IMG/VR virus record: IMGVR_UViG_2595698619_000001
Location: 38,106-102,105 of that record
DNA: 64,000 bases
Origin: a virus
Taxonomy: Duplodnaviria; Caudoviricetes
Reading direction: 5' to 3' (one strand)
Shown: positions 36,588 through 45,882 of the stretch, in pieces
Numbering within the stretch: position 1 is the first letter of the stretch
Layout of the letters: each line of letters begins with the position of its first letter
Program-made: the position numbers and the translations under genes
Notes under the pieces: generated by a model
Databases searched by the model: none
What the model was told of the DNA's origin: nothing
What the model saw: only the letters and a program-made list of their open reading frames with translations

Positions 36588-37061
36588 TTACTCGATTCTT
36601 TGCACCCACTCTTCTGCGGTTTTACCCTGATAACCTTTCGAGTTGAGGTTCTTTACTTTGAATATTAATTCTTCGAGTTCTTCTTTTGATTTGTTTTCTC
36701 TGTAGGAGTAAAGTTGTTTGAGGACTGACTTCCAAGTGACGTATGTTGAGTATTTGTCTGTTCGTTCAACCCATGAGCAGATATTAGCTGCTTCTTCAAA
36801 TATATCGCAGAATACATCGAGGTCCTTTTTACTCCTCAGCTCCCATTTAGTTTGGTTCTGTGTATGGTCTTCGTTGACAACTCCTATCTCGAATTGTTGT
36901 TGAAACTCGTAGAGAATATCCTTATCGTCGTCATGCACAGCGACAGAGATGTTAGGAGAGATGTTAATGTTGTGAGTGTACCGCTCGTTGTGTGCTAATC
37001 CGAATTGGAAGCACCCTTCGGCTGCTATAAACGATGCCATGAACACTTTCTTGTTGTCCAT
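36588..37061 (-). CDS. single-motif LAGLIDADG homing endonuclease
   Basis: FMASFIAAEGCF; low GC; antisense to the structural operon. Confidence 0.75.
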   Translation of the reverse strand: MDNKKVFMASFIAAEGCFQFGLAHNERYTHNINISPNISVAVHDDDKDILYEFQQQFEIGVVNEDHTQNQTKWELRSKKDLDVFCDIFEEAANICSWVERTDKYSTYVTWKSVLKQLYSYRENKSKEELEELIFKVKNLNSKGYQGKTAEEWVQRIE

Positions 37062-37286
37062 AATTATACTTGTACGCGGGTGTATATGTATTTTCGGTAC
37101 ATCTCCCCGGTGTGGTCTTTAGAATTCTTGCGGTAGAGGTTATATACTACTTAGTCTATGTTTTGAGTGGTGGTAGTTCAATCTGCATATCGTTCGTCTA
37201 CTGGTTATAAACTATTTTAATATTGGTCTATATCTCGCGCGTGTCTCGCTCCACGACACCTAAACCAAAGTGGGCGGAACGATGCT
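37062..37286. promoter_or_regulatory. AT-rich divergent promoter region upstream of the capsid operon
   Basis: ttatata, ttataaa and ttttaata boxes in a non-coding gap. Confidence 0.55.
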
Positions 37287-37316
37287 ATGAAGAGGTCGCC
37301 AGACCACCGAGCATCC

Positions 37317-37478
37317 ATGACAACGTGTCCAAACTGCGACTCCGAGGTTGACGGCACCACTCAGAAGAACCTGAAGGGTCGTCCGTCGTCCAAGTCGCGT
37401 CCTCAGGAGTGTCCTGAGTGTGGGCACGAGCTGGAGAAGTCGCTCGGGCGTAACAACCCCTCGCTACTCAACAAGTAA
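37317..37478 (+). CDS. small zinc-ribbon protein
   Basis: CPNC...CPECG; abuts the protease start. Confidence 0.6.
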   Translation: MTTCPNCDSEVDGTTQKNLKGRPSSKSRPQECPECGHELEKSLGRNNPSLLNK

Positions 37479-39389
37479 ATGCCACAGGCAGTAGAAGACT
37501 GCGTGGATTCTGTAATGTCGGACAACCCCGACTATTCGGAATCACGCGCGTATGCCATCTGTTGGTCGCAGGAGAATGAGGGGAACCTCAAGGAGGCCGA
37601 CGAGGACTTCTCGTGCGCGTTCTCCGACGAGGTGAGGGACCTGAGCAAGGACAACGACGCTCTTACTGACGACGAGGCGGCCTCAGTAGTTGCGGTGTCC
37701 AAGCTCGCAGACAACGACGATGACCAGGCCGTAAAGGCGGTCGCCTATCGTTCCTTCGCAGGTCAGTGGGGTGGCGTTCATCCCGCTGAGAAAACGAAGG
37801 AAGGACGAGAGCACCTCCTCACAACGTACAAGTCGACCGTAGATTCGCTCCTCAAGGAGTGGAACGACGCTCTCAACAAAGTCGACGACGATGAGGAGGA
37901 GACGGTGGACGCGACGACGGAGAAGTCGGACGACGACTATCCCGTTGTCAAGTTCAAAATGCAGTCCTCGACAGGCATCCTGCCTGTCTTCAAGTCGAAG
38001 GACGGCGACATGGTCATCTGGGGTCCTGCTTCTGTTGAGGTTGTGGACAAAGAGGGCGACAAGATTCGAGCGTCGGCGCTCGAGGAAGCCCTGCCTCAAC
38101 TCCTTCGTCGCCAGCGTCTTTCGCTGGAACACAGCGACCAACTCGTAGGGGAGATTCTCGAAAACTTCGAGACGGACGAGGAGATTACCGTCGAGGTTGA
38201 CGGTAAGACCTTCACCCGTAACGAGTTCCCCACGGACGTTCTCGAACTGGACGACATGGAGCCGTCGCTGTTCGTCGCAGGCAAGGTCTGGGACGACACG
38301 CGACAGTCGCGCCAGGCTCAGAAAGATATCGAGAACGGAGAAATCGACTCGTACAGTATCAGCGGCGAGTCGCTCGTTGCTACTACGAAGTACGAGGAAG
38401 GAGACGTCGTCAACGACATTAAAGAGCTCGACCTGAGCGCTGTGACCCTCTGCGAGGAGGGGATGAATCAGAAGGCGAAGTTCGGCGTCGTCTCCAAGGC
38501 AGACGGGGACGCCCGCACCGATGAAGGCGACAACGTAGAAAACAGTCAGGCGGCTGTGAGTAAAGGCGCCCGAGGCCCGGCAGGAGTCCACGCAGACGGA
38601 ACCATCCACATAGTGAAAAACATGGGAGACAACGAATCCGAGTCCGACGACGCGAGCAATCCGTCGGAGGCTGTCTCGCTCGACGACGTTCGAGAGGAGT
38701 TCAAGAGCGTCGTGGACGAGTCGCTTCCTGACGCGGAGCTCGCTACGAAGGACGACATGGTCAGTAAGGACGACGTTGAGTCCATCGTCGAGGAGAAGTC
38801 GATGGGCGAAGACGAAGTCCGCAGTATCGCACGCAAGACCGCCGAGGAAGTCGTCAAGGAGGGCTACGACGAAGAGGAGCCCGAGGACGACGAGGAGAAG
38901 GGCGACGACGAGATGCCTCCGGAGGACGAGGAGGAGGACGAGGAGCCCGAACCCGTCGAGGCGGAGGACGACGAGGAACCCGAGGACGAGCCCGAAGTCG
39001 ACGACGAAGTCGCTCCGGAGCCTCCCGAGGACGAGCCCGACGAGGAGAAGGGCGAGGACTACGAGGAGGACGACGAGGACGAGGAGATGAAGGGCTACGA
39101 CCACGGCGACCTCGAAGAGATGCTGCCCGAGGACCTCTACGAGGCTGTGCGGGAGTATCTCGACGAGGACGACGGGGGCGACGAGGTAGTCGAGGCGTCC
39201 GAGTCGGATGAGGAAGGCCTCACCGAGGACGACGTGGAGAAGATGATTGAGGAGCAGTTCGGCGACGAGATGGTCCTCGATTCCCCCTCCGGTCCCACGG
39301 CGGAAGTGCAGAAGTCCTGGGAACAGGAAGACGAACCCGCGACGGACGACCAGGTCGGTCCGGCCGCGCAGCAGCTCTACGACCTGTAA
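37479..39389 (+). CDS. prohead protease fused to an acidic scaffold
   Basis: GPASVEVVDKEGD, H, SYSISG, VTLC..GMN; acidic C-terminal half; precedes the capsid gene. Confidence 0.85.
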   Translation: MPQAVEDCVDSVMSDNPDYSESRAYAICWSQENEGNLKEADEDFSCAFSDEVRDLSKDNDALTDDEAASVVAVSKLADNDDDQAVKAVAYRSFAGQWGGVHPAEKTKEGREHLLTTYKSTVDSLLKEWNDALNKVDDDEEETVDATTEKSDDDYPVVKFKMQSSTGILPVFKSKDGDMVIWGPASVEVVDKEGDKIRASALEEALPQLLRRQRLSLEHSDQLVGEILENFETDEEITVEVDGKTFTRNEFPTDVLELDDMEPSLFVAGKVWDDTRQSRQAQKDIENGEIDSYSISGESLVATTKYEEGDVVNDIKELDLSAVTLCEEGMNQKAKFGVVSKADGDARTDEGDNVENSQAAVSKGARGPAGVHADGTIHIVKNMGDNESESDDASNPSEAVSLDDVREEFKSVVDESLPDAELATKDDMVSKDDVESIVEEKSMGEDEVRSIARKTAEEVVKEGYDEEEPEDDEEKGDDEMPPEDEEEDEEPEPVEAEDDEEPEDEPEVDDEVAPEPPEDEPDEEKGEDYEEDDEDEEMKGYDHGDLEEMLPEDLYEAVREYLDEDDGGDEVVEASESDEEGLTEDDVEKMIEEQFGDEMVLDSPSGPTAEVQKSWEQEDEPATDDQVGPAAQQLYDL

Positions 39390-39404
39390 CACGAGGTGAC
39401 TCAA

Positions 39405-40778
39405 ATGGGAGAACTCACTGACAACGGCGTTCAACTCGCCAAGGCACAAATCGGCAAGCATCAGAAGCTGATGAAGAGTACGCAGGCCCGCAAGTACCTC
39501 GCCAAGCGCCAGCTTGAGCGAGGCGGCGACAGCGGGCAGGCGGCTCGACAGCAGGGCCTCTACAAGACGCAGGCCCGTGGTCCGAAGGGTGAGAATCCGG
39601 GCAAGCTCCGCAAGGCGGACGGCCGGATTCACACCATCTACGACATGATAGACTACTACTACGACTTCTACCCGAAGTACACCCGGAAGGAGTCGGGCGG
39701 GATGTCCAAGGCGGACAACCTCCTCGACACCACGGACGCCGGGTACCGGAACGTAGTCTACGGGTCCGAGGTCTTCTCGCTGCTCAACAGCGAGGCCAAC
39801 CTGTTCGCGCTCCTGGAGAACCGAGCGTGGACGAAGTCCGGTGAGCGTATCGTCACCGGTCGGGACAGCAACCGCACGCTCGGTGAAGGTGGCGTCGGCG
39901 AGGGCGGCACTCTGCCTGACACCATCCACCCGGACATCAGCGAGTACGAGCAGGACCCCGCGTCCATCGTCCACACCTTCAACGTGAGTCAGGAGAAGCA
40001 GCTCCTCGCTCAGACGGACGACGACGACCTCAACGACCCGTTCGACTTCCTCCGCCGCTGGTACGGTGAGGGGACGGAGCACCAGACGGGCATGGGCGAG
40101 CACCCGAAAGACATCAACGTTCAGCTTCTGAACGAGGCTGACAACCCGGCCGGCAACAACATGGAGTCGGTCGACCGCGTCATCTCGAACGGCGCCGAGT
40201 CCTCGCTCCTGTCGAGCCCCGACGACAACGACATCTACGGGTTCGACCGTTCTGCCAACGAGTTCGAGTCGAACGTTCTCGAGAACGGCGACACCGACCG
40301 CTCGTTCACCATCAACCTGATGGACGACGCCATCGAGCAGGTCAAGACGAACTCCGGCAAGAACCCGGTCCAGGACGACGGTTACTTCTGGCTCACCGGC
40401 CACGACACCTACAAGATTCTCGAGCAGGAGGTCGGCGGCAAGGAGCGCCTCGAGCCTGTCCGGACGCAGGTCGGGATGAACGGTGTCCAGACGAACCCCG
40501 GTGACGACGTGGGAATCATCACGCAGTCCTACAAGACGATTCCCATCTTCGAGTCGGACGACGTCTTCCAGGACACGCTCTCGCGTGTCTACCTGGTCGA
40601 CTCGGAGACCATGTTCGTCAAGACCCTGCTGCCGACGCAGTTCTACAGCACGGGTATCGACGTTGACGACAACCCCTTCGCGGTCGACTCGCTCACCAAC
40701 GAGGGCGCGTTCGTCACCATCGGGCAGCTCACCTGTACGAACCCGGCTGCCCACGCAAAGATTCGGGACCTGAAGTAA
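39405..40778 (+). CDS. major capsid protein (HK97-like)
   Basis: Position, size, strong codon bias, SD gaggtga, C-terminal L.C.NP.AHAKIRDLK. Confidence 0.85.
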   Translation: MGELTDNGVQLAKAQIGKHQKLMKSTQARKYLAKRQLERGGDSGQAARQQGLYKTQARGPKGENPGKLRKADGRIHTIYDMIDYYYDFYPKYTRKESGGMSKADNLLDTTDAGYRNVVYGSEVFSLLNSEANLFALLENRAWTKSGERIVTGRDSNRTLGEGGVGEGGTLPDTIHPDISEYEQDPASIVHTFNVSQEKQLLAQTDDDDLNDPFDFLRRWYGEGTEHQTGMGEHPKDINVQLLNEADNPAGNNMESVDRVISNGAESSLLSSPDDNDIYGFDRSANEFESNVLENGDTDRSFTINLMDDAIEQVKTNSGKNPVQDDGYFWLTGHDTYKILEQEVGGKERLEPVRTQVGMNGVQTNPGDDVGIITQSYKTIPIFESDDVFQDTLSRVYLVDSETMFVKTLLPTQFYSTGIDVDDNPFAVDSLTNEGAFVTIGQLTCTNPAAHAKIRDLK

Positions 40779-40796
40779 ATCTGAGGTACATTTACG

Positions 40797-41174
40797 ATGA
40801 AGGTGGCGAAGGTTCGGTTCACGGCGGGGGCTCGCGTGCATACGCACAGAGTGCCGTCTACGCGGCAGAAGTACACGTTCCAGCACTACACTGGACGTGA
40901 GCACTGGGTGCCCGTCGAGGCCGTCGAAGACGCCGCCTACTTCGACGAGCATGAGTCCTTCGCCGTCGAGTGGACGCCTGCGGGCCTTCTCGCCCGCGCG
41001 ACTTCTGGTGCAGCGGGTTCGGTCAAGGAGGCACTGAAGGCGCTCGATTACCGCGACAAGCAGAAACTCGCACAGGAACGCGGTATCAAGGCGAACCAGT
41101 CGGAGGAGGAGCTCGAAGCGGAACTCAGCGAGGCGGCAGATGAGCTTGCACAACAGCTACAGCATCAACGGTAA
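40797..41174 (+). CDS. hypothetical protein with C-terminal SAP/HeH-like motif
   Basis: LDYRDKQKLAQERGIKANQSEEEL. Confidence 0.6.
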   Translation: MKVAKVRFTAGARVHTHRVPSTRQKYTFQHYTGREHWVPVEAVEDAAYFDEHESFAVEWTPAGLLARATSGAAGSVKEALKALDYRDKQKLAQERGIKANQSEEELEAELSEAADELAQQLQHQR

Positions 41175-41192
41175 CCAAGGAGATAACACGAC

Positions 41193-41525
41193 ATGACGAA
41201 GACTGTCACTATCGAGGAAACGGAGTACATGGGCGCCGTCACCACGCGGTTCGTCGAGGTGGACATCACCAACTACGACGATGAGGGTGACGGCGATGGA
41301 GAAGAGTTCGTCCCCGCAGACGTCAGCATGCGGCGGTTCCAGGCGGTCATCCCCGAGGTCAAGGATGGCACCGGGCTCACCGCGTCTTACGACGAGAGCG
41401 CGGGTTCTATCCGTCTGTTCGGTCAGAACAACGACGGGACGGGGACTGCAACAGACAACCTCACGGAGGTTCCGAGCAACAACACCGAGGGCGCGACGCT
41501 CACGGTCATCTGCATGGGTCGGTGA
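41193..41525 (+). CDS. putative capsid accessory/decoration protein
   Basis: Beta-rich; follows the capsid gene. Confidence 0.5.
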   Translation: MTKTVTIEETEYMGAVTTRFVEVDITNYDDEGDGDGEEFVPADVSMRRFQAVIPEVKDGTGLTASYDESAGSIRLFGQNNDGTGTATDNLTEVPSNNTEGATLTVICMGR

Positions 41526-41531
41526 TAACCC

Positions 41532-41945
41532 ATGGGTCGCCCGATTAGAGCCGAGGCGCTCACCGGTGCGACCTCCGCTACCGCTGGGGACCGCGTTCAG
41601 ACGAAGGGTCACAACTCGCTCGGCCTGTACGTAGTCGCGGAGAACCTCGACACGGCGAACGACACGCTCGACGTTCGCGCAGAAATGCAGGTCGCGGGTG
41701 AGTGGGCACCTATCCGAGACGCTTCGGGTACAGTCGTCCTCTCGCTCTCGACTTCTGACTTCGAGGACCCCGACGGTAATGGCACCTACGCGGCGTTCAT
41801 CTTCGCCCACGGTGTGCCTGCGGAGTTCCTCCGCGCTCGTATCACGTCGTTCACCGACAACGCGAACGGTGACCTGAGCGTGGACGCCTACGTCATGGGC
41901 GCGAACTGGAACGGTCCCGCGAGGGAGTTCAGGGAAATCGTCTGA
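41532..41945 (+). CDS. putative virion structural protein
   Basis: Beta-rich; operon context. Confidence 0.5.
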   Translation: MGRPIRAEALTGATSATAGDRVQTKGHNSLGLYVVAENLDTANDTLDVRAEMQVAGEWAPIRDASGTVVLSLSTSDFEDPDGNGTYAAFIFAHGVPAEFLRARITSFTDNANGDLSVDAYVMGANWNGPAREFREIV

Positions 41946-41947
41946 CC

Positions 41948-42280
41948 ATGCCTCTGGTCGATGTAATACTGTCCCACCTCGTCAGCGAGGTTGGGGTCGT
42001 CGGCCTGTTCATCATCTGGGTCCTGTACCAGGTGTACTCGCCCGACTGGATGCCGAACACCAAGTTCCAGCAGGTCGCGTCAGACATCGAGTCAGAGGTT
42101 AGAGAGACGAAGCATCTGCTCGTCTCGACTATCACGGTGCTCCGAGCGGTAGTGCGTACAAACGACGAGGTTGACACCGACAAGGTGGATGAGTATCTCG
42201 TTGAGAACGGCGTCGAACCGGATGACTTCATCCGGGACGCGCACCTCCCGAACCACGACAGAAATCCAGGTGACGACTAA
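41948..42280 (+). CDS. single-TM protein (holin-like candidate)
   Basis: VGVVGLFIIWVLY TM segment followed by a coiled coil. Confidence 0.45.
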   Translation: MPLVDVILSHLVSEVGVVGLFIIWVLYQVYSPDWMPNTKFQQVASDIESEVRETKHLLVSTITVLRAVVRTNDEVDTDKVDEYLVENGVEPDDFIRDAHLPNHDRNPGDD

Positions 42281-42960
42281 TGGGACTTCAAACTGCTGAC
42301 TCAAACGTCGGGTACTGCGACACGTCAGACGTGGCTCGATTCTTTCGCGTCATAGACGGAGACTTCGACGCTAACACCGACCCGACGAAGTCCGAGGTGG
42401 ATGACCTCATCCTGGAGATGTCCGATGAGATTGACCGCTACACCGGTCACGCATGGCGTGAGCGTCAGGTCGTAGACGAGTATCACGACCTCGACGAGAC
42501 GCCGTACTACTTCGGGTCGGGGACGCCCATCAAACTCCTGCACCGAGAAATCGTCTCGCCGCTCGACGACGCCCAGGGAGACAAGCTGGAAATCTGGGAT
42601 GGCAACGAGTGGGAGGAGTGGGTGTCTGACTCGTCGAAGACGCAGGGCAGGAACGGTGAGTTCTGGATTGACAAGACGAGCGGGCTGCTTTACGTCTACC
42701 GACGCTACGCGACATGGAGCGAACCTGCGGTCCGTGTCACGTATCGCTTCGGGAACCAGGCGAACGTGCCTCGTGACGTGAAGAACGCCTGCGCTCGTCT
42801 TGCCGCCGCCGAACTGCTGTGGACGGACCAGTACTCCGACCTCCTGCCTGCCGGCAACGACGGTGCGCCCGACCCGGGACGTGCAGCGGAACGTCTCGAA
42901 GACAAGGCCTACGAGAAGCTCGACAAACGCAAGGAGGTCCGACCCGCGGGTACGTACTGA
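42280..42960 (+). CDS. head-tail adaptor protein
   Basis: YC...DV, ID.YTG..W, V.Y.FG...P.DVK.A. Confidence 0.7.
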   Translation: MGLQTADSNVGYCDTSDVARFFRVIDGDFDANTDPTKSEVDDLILEMSDEIDRYTGHAWRERQVVDEYHDLDETPYYFGSGTPIKLLHREIVSPLDDAQGDKLEIWDGNEWEEWVSDSSKTQGRNGEFWIDKTSGLLYVYRRYATWSEPAVRVTYRFGNQANVPRDVKNACARLAAAELLWTDQYSDLLPAGNDGAPDPGRAAERLEDKAYEKLDKRKEVRPAGTY

Positions 42961-43571
42961 TGGCAGGAGTTGAGTACGAGGTCGAGCAGGACGCCGTGGA
43001 CGTTATCGAGCAGACAGAGAACGCTGTCGGCAAAGTCGAGTATCCTGCGGAGTACGCCTCGTATGTCAACTACCCCACCAACTACAAGGGGGACAGCGCT
43101 CCTCCGTTTGAGCCCATCTTCGAGTGGGTCAAACGCAAGTGGGGCGACCTCAGTACGGGACTCAAGAACGCCGCGCTTGAGAACGTCAACGACCCAGGAA
43201 GCGTGACGAAGAAGGAGCACCAGAAGAAGGTCGCGTGGGTCGTCGTTCGTTCCATCGGAGACTCGGGTACCGAAGGCCTGTACTTCGCTGAGCGGTCGAT
43301 GAAGTTCGGCAAGGACAACGCGCAGAAGGTCGCGCAGAAATACGAGAACTCGAACGACCCGCTCGCGCCGTACAAGGCAGTCGTGGACATCACCGACCTG
43401 ACGTTCCAGCACTCGCAAGACATCATCTCGGGCGACCAGAAGGTAGACACCGACAAGGAGGAATCGTCGGCGTTCGACGAAGGGTTCCTCAAGAGGTCGG
43501 GGACGCGCGAGTACACGCAGGATGGCGAGGGCGCGGAGAGCGGTGACTGGGACGGAGGTGTTCCTAACTGA
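42960..43571 (+). CDS. neck protein (HK97 gp10-like)
   Basis: EYA.YV.Y, PP..PI..WV; position. Confidence 0.55.
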   Translation: MAGVEYEVEQDAVDVIEQTENAVGKVEYPAEYASYVNYPTNYKGDSAPPFEPIFEWVKRKWGDLSTGLKNAALENVNDPGSVTKKEHQKKVAWVVVRSIGDSGTEGLYFAERSMKFGKDNAQKVAQKYENSNDPLAPYKAVVDITDLTFQHSQDIISGDQKVDTDKEESSAFDEGFLKRSGTREYTQDGEGAESGDWDGGVPN

Positions 43572-44041
43572 TGGCCGATGTTGACTGGGACGTTGCCGAA
43601 CTGACGCGCACGTACCTCGACAACAACTGGGACGACGCAGGTAACGGCATCGCCAAACCTGACCGCGTAGAACTCCTCACCGAGGATAACACCGGGAAGG
43701 CACGGCAGAAGGTTCGTCGCAACTCGAGCGAGTACATCCTCGTGTACGAACCCGGAGAACGTAACATCGAGTCGGCGGACATCTTCCACGAGTCAGAGGA
43801 CAAATCCGCCATGGTCGCCATCGAGGCGTCCACTCAGGACGGGCGTGCCCGCCGTGAGGAAATCTTCAAGGAGATAAAGCGCCTGACGAACGAGAGGCGC
43901 AAGCGTTCCGGTCCCGTGGCGACGCCTGGGAACTGGGACAAACTGAACATCCAGACCGTCAATCCGTTCGACGACACCGCCTTCGGGTGGCACGTCCTCG
44001 AGATGACGGTGGAATACTCAAGGCACTCCGACCTGATATAA
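43571..44041 (+). CDS. putative tail completion/terminator protein
   Basis: Size and position immediately before the tail tube gene. Confidence 0.55.
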   Translation: MADVDWDVAELTRTYLDNNWDDAGNGIAKPDRVELLTEDNTGKARQKVRRNSSEYILVYEPGERNIESADIFHESEDKSAMVAIEASTQDGRARREEIFKEIKRLTNERRKRSGPVATPGNWDKLNIQTVNPFDDTAFGWHVLEMTVEYSRHSDLI

Positions 44042-44058
44042 CCACATAGAGAGCAAGC

Positions 44059-45072
44059 ATGCCAGGAAACGACGCACCCTTCAAGTCAAAGAGCACCCAA
44101 CTCGTGGTGGGTCACGAGTCGTCGCAGAACACGACCGTCGCCCCCGACCGAGTCCCGGGGCTCGTCGCAGACGCAGCATCGCTCCCCGACCCCGAAGTCG
44201 ACTACCTGGAGGACCGAGTCATCGGTGGCGACCGGGAACTGTTCGACAAGCGGGCGGGTCGCAGAACCTACGAAGCAGGAAGCATCACTGTCCGGCCGCA
44301 GGACGCCTGGCCGTTCGCGTACCTGTTCGGTAGCGAGACGGTCAACGCCGACACGGACATAGACGGCAACTCGGAGACGGGCACCGACACGCACGTCTTC
44401 ACGCCGCTGATGGACGACCTGCCGCCGACGTTTACTACCGAGGCGGTGTACTACGCTCCCACGTCGTCCTCGGCAAACGACTTCGTTCGTACCTTCGGTG
44501 GGTGCGCAGTCGCGTCCGGGGAGATTACGATGGACAACGAGAACCAGCTCGAGGTGGACCTGGACCTTTACGCCATGTCGGTCAGTCCGGGTAGCAGTCC
44601 TACCTCGGGAATCAGCGTCCCCGACCAGGAGAAGTGGATTTTCTCGGACGCGAAGTCGAACCTCAACCTGTTCGGCACGTCGTTCGCTCGTGTCACCGAC
44701 TTCTCCGTCTCGATGGACAACGGTCTCGAGGCGAAGTACTACATCGAGTCGGCGAACGCTCCTGACCCGTTCGAGCTGCTCTACAACATTATCGAGTACC
44801 AGCTCGACTGCACCATCGCCGTGGACGATAATACGCTCTACAACCAGCTCGTCAACAACACCGACACGACCTTCACGGCGGAAATCACGTTCGAGCGTCC
44901 CAACGGTGACGCCCTGCGTATCAAGGCGACCGAGTGTCAAATCGAGAGTGCACCGCACGAGATTCCTGAGGACGACCAGACCATCGAGGTGGACGTGAGT
45001 ATCGTCCCCGAAGGTCTGGAGGTCCGGGTCGAGGACAGCAACACTGCCGACGGTACGGCCATCCTCGCCTGA
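44059..45072 (+). CDS. major tail (tube) protein
   Basis: Position, beta-rich composition, strong codon bias. Confidence 0.75.
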   Translation: MPGNDAPFKSKSTQLVVGHESSQNTTVAPDRVPGLVADAASLPDPEVDYLEDRVIGGDRELFDKRAGRRTYEAGSITVRPQDAWPFAYLFGSETVNADTDIDGNSETGTDTHVFTPLMDDLPPTFTTEAVYYAPTSSSANDFVRTFGGCAVASGEITMDNENQLEVDLDLYAMSVSPGSSPTSGISVPDQEKWIFSDAKSNLNLFGTSFARVTDFSVSMDNGLEAKYYIESANAPDPFELLYNIIEYQLDCTIAVDDNTLYNQLVNNTDTTFTAEITFERPNGDALRIKATECQIESAPHEIPEDDQTIEVDVSIVPEGLEVRVEDSNTADGTAILA

Positions 45073-45126
45073 ATCTCCGCGGTGTAACGAGATTTAAAAC
45101 GCACTACCGACAACGAACATACGAAG

Positions 45127-45543
45127 ATGACAGGACAAAACGACATTCCGGAGGAGTACGAGGACCTCGAGATGGGCGGGCGTCAGGACGTTCTCGTCTC
45201 CGAGGACGTAGAACGCGAGTACATCGAGCATGATGGCAAGCTCTTCTGGTTCGACTTCGGTGAGATGACGTGGGACCAGAAGACGGACATCATAGACGAG
45301 AACCTCGACGTGGACCAGAACAGCGGTGAGATGGACCTCGACATGAAAGGATACTACCGAGACGTAATGGAGGAAGTCATCGTCGACTCCTCCGTTGACG
45401 GGAGTATCACTACGATGCTTCGAGGCATGGAGGCCAACTTCGGGCAGAAGCTCCAGGCGCTCGACCACGTCCCGCAGCCCGGCGCGGTGATGGAGGACGT
45501 TGAAGAGGGAAAGTCAGAGCAGCCATCCGAGGACGAAACGTAG
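45127..45543 (+). CDS. tail assembly chaperone (gpG-like)
   Basis: Between tube and tape measure genes; contains a slippery site. Confidence 0.75.
   Translation: MTGQNDIPEEYEDLEMGGRQDVLVSEDVEREYIEHDGKLFWFDFGEMTWDQKTDIIDENLDVDQNSGEMDLDMKGYYRDVMEEVIVDSSVDGSITTMLRGMEANFGQKLQALDHVPQPGAVMEDVEEGKSEQPSEDET
45507..45513 (+). other. -1 programmed frameshift site GGGAAAG
   Basis: Same heptamer as lambda G/GT; the -1 frame is open from here to 45881. Confidence 0.8.
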
Positions 45544-45881
45544 ACGATGACTCAGCCGCCCTGTTTCGTCGGGAGGCGGTCGAGATGCTCCTGACGAAAG
45601 AGGTCGGGTTGAACCTACGCGACATCCGCGGATGGCATGAAAGGTCCGTGCGTACAGAGAGACGCACAGACTTCGTCGCTGCTGTACGTCGTTGGGTCCC
45701 GTGGTGCGACGACCCGGAGCCCAAACGAACCGTAGAGACGACAAACGTCCGCGGTCTGAGCGAAGGTCAGGTCATGCGCCTGCTCGTGCTGCATGACGAG
45801 CATGAGCAGATGAAGGAGGAAGAGGCCGAGAAAGAACGCAAGCGCGCCCGTCGCAAAGCAGGCGGGCTCAACAACAACTAA
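45513..45881 (+). CDS. gpT-like frameshift extension of the tail chaperone
   Basis: -1 frame is open and continuous with the 45585-45881 ORF. Confidence 0.7.
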   Translation, partial: VRAAIRGRNVDDDSAALFRREAVEMLLTKEVGLNLRDIRGWHERSVRTERRTDFVAAVRRWVPWCDDPEPKRTVETTNVRGLSEGQVMRLLVLHDEHEQMKEEEAEKERKRARRKAGGLNNN

Positions 45882-45882
45882 A

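Noticed and set aside
38860-39110. gag/gac-rich repeats
   Set aside because: They simply encode the acidic scaffold linker
37683-41153. 1156-aa minus-strand ORF
   Set aside because: Antisense shadow of the codon-biased protease and capsid genes; V/L/R-rich with no motifs
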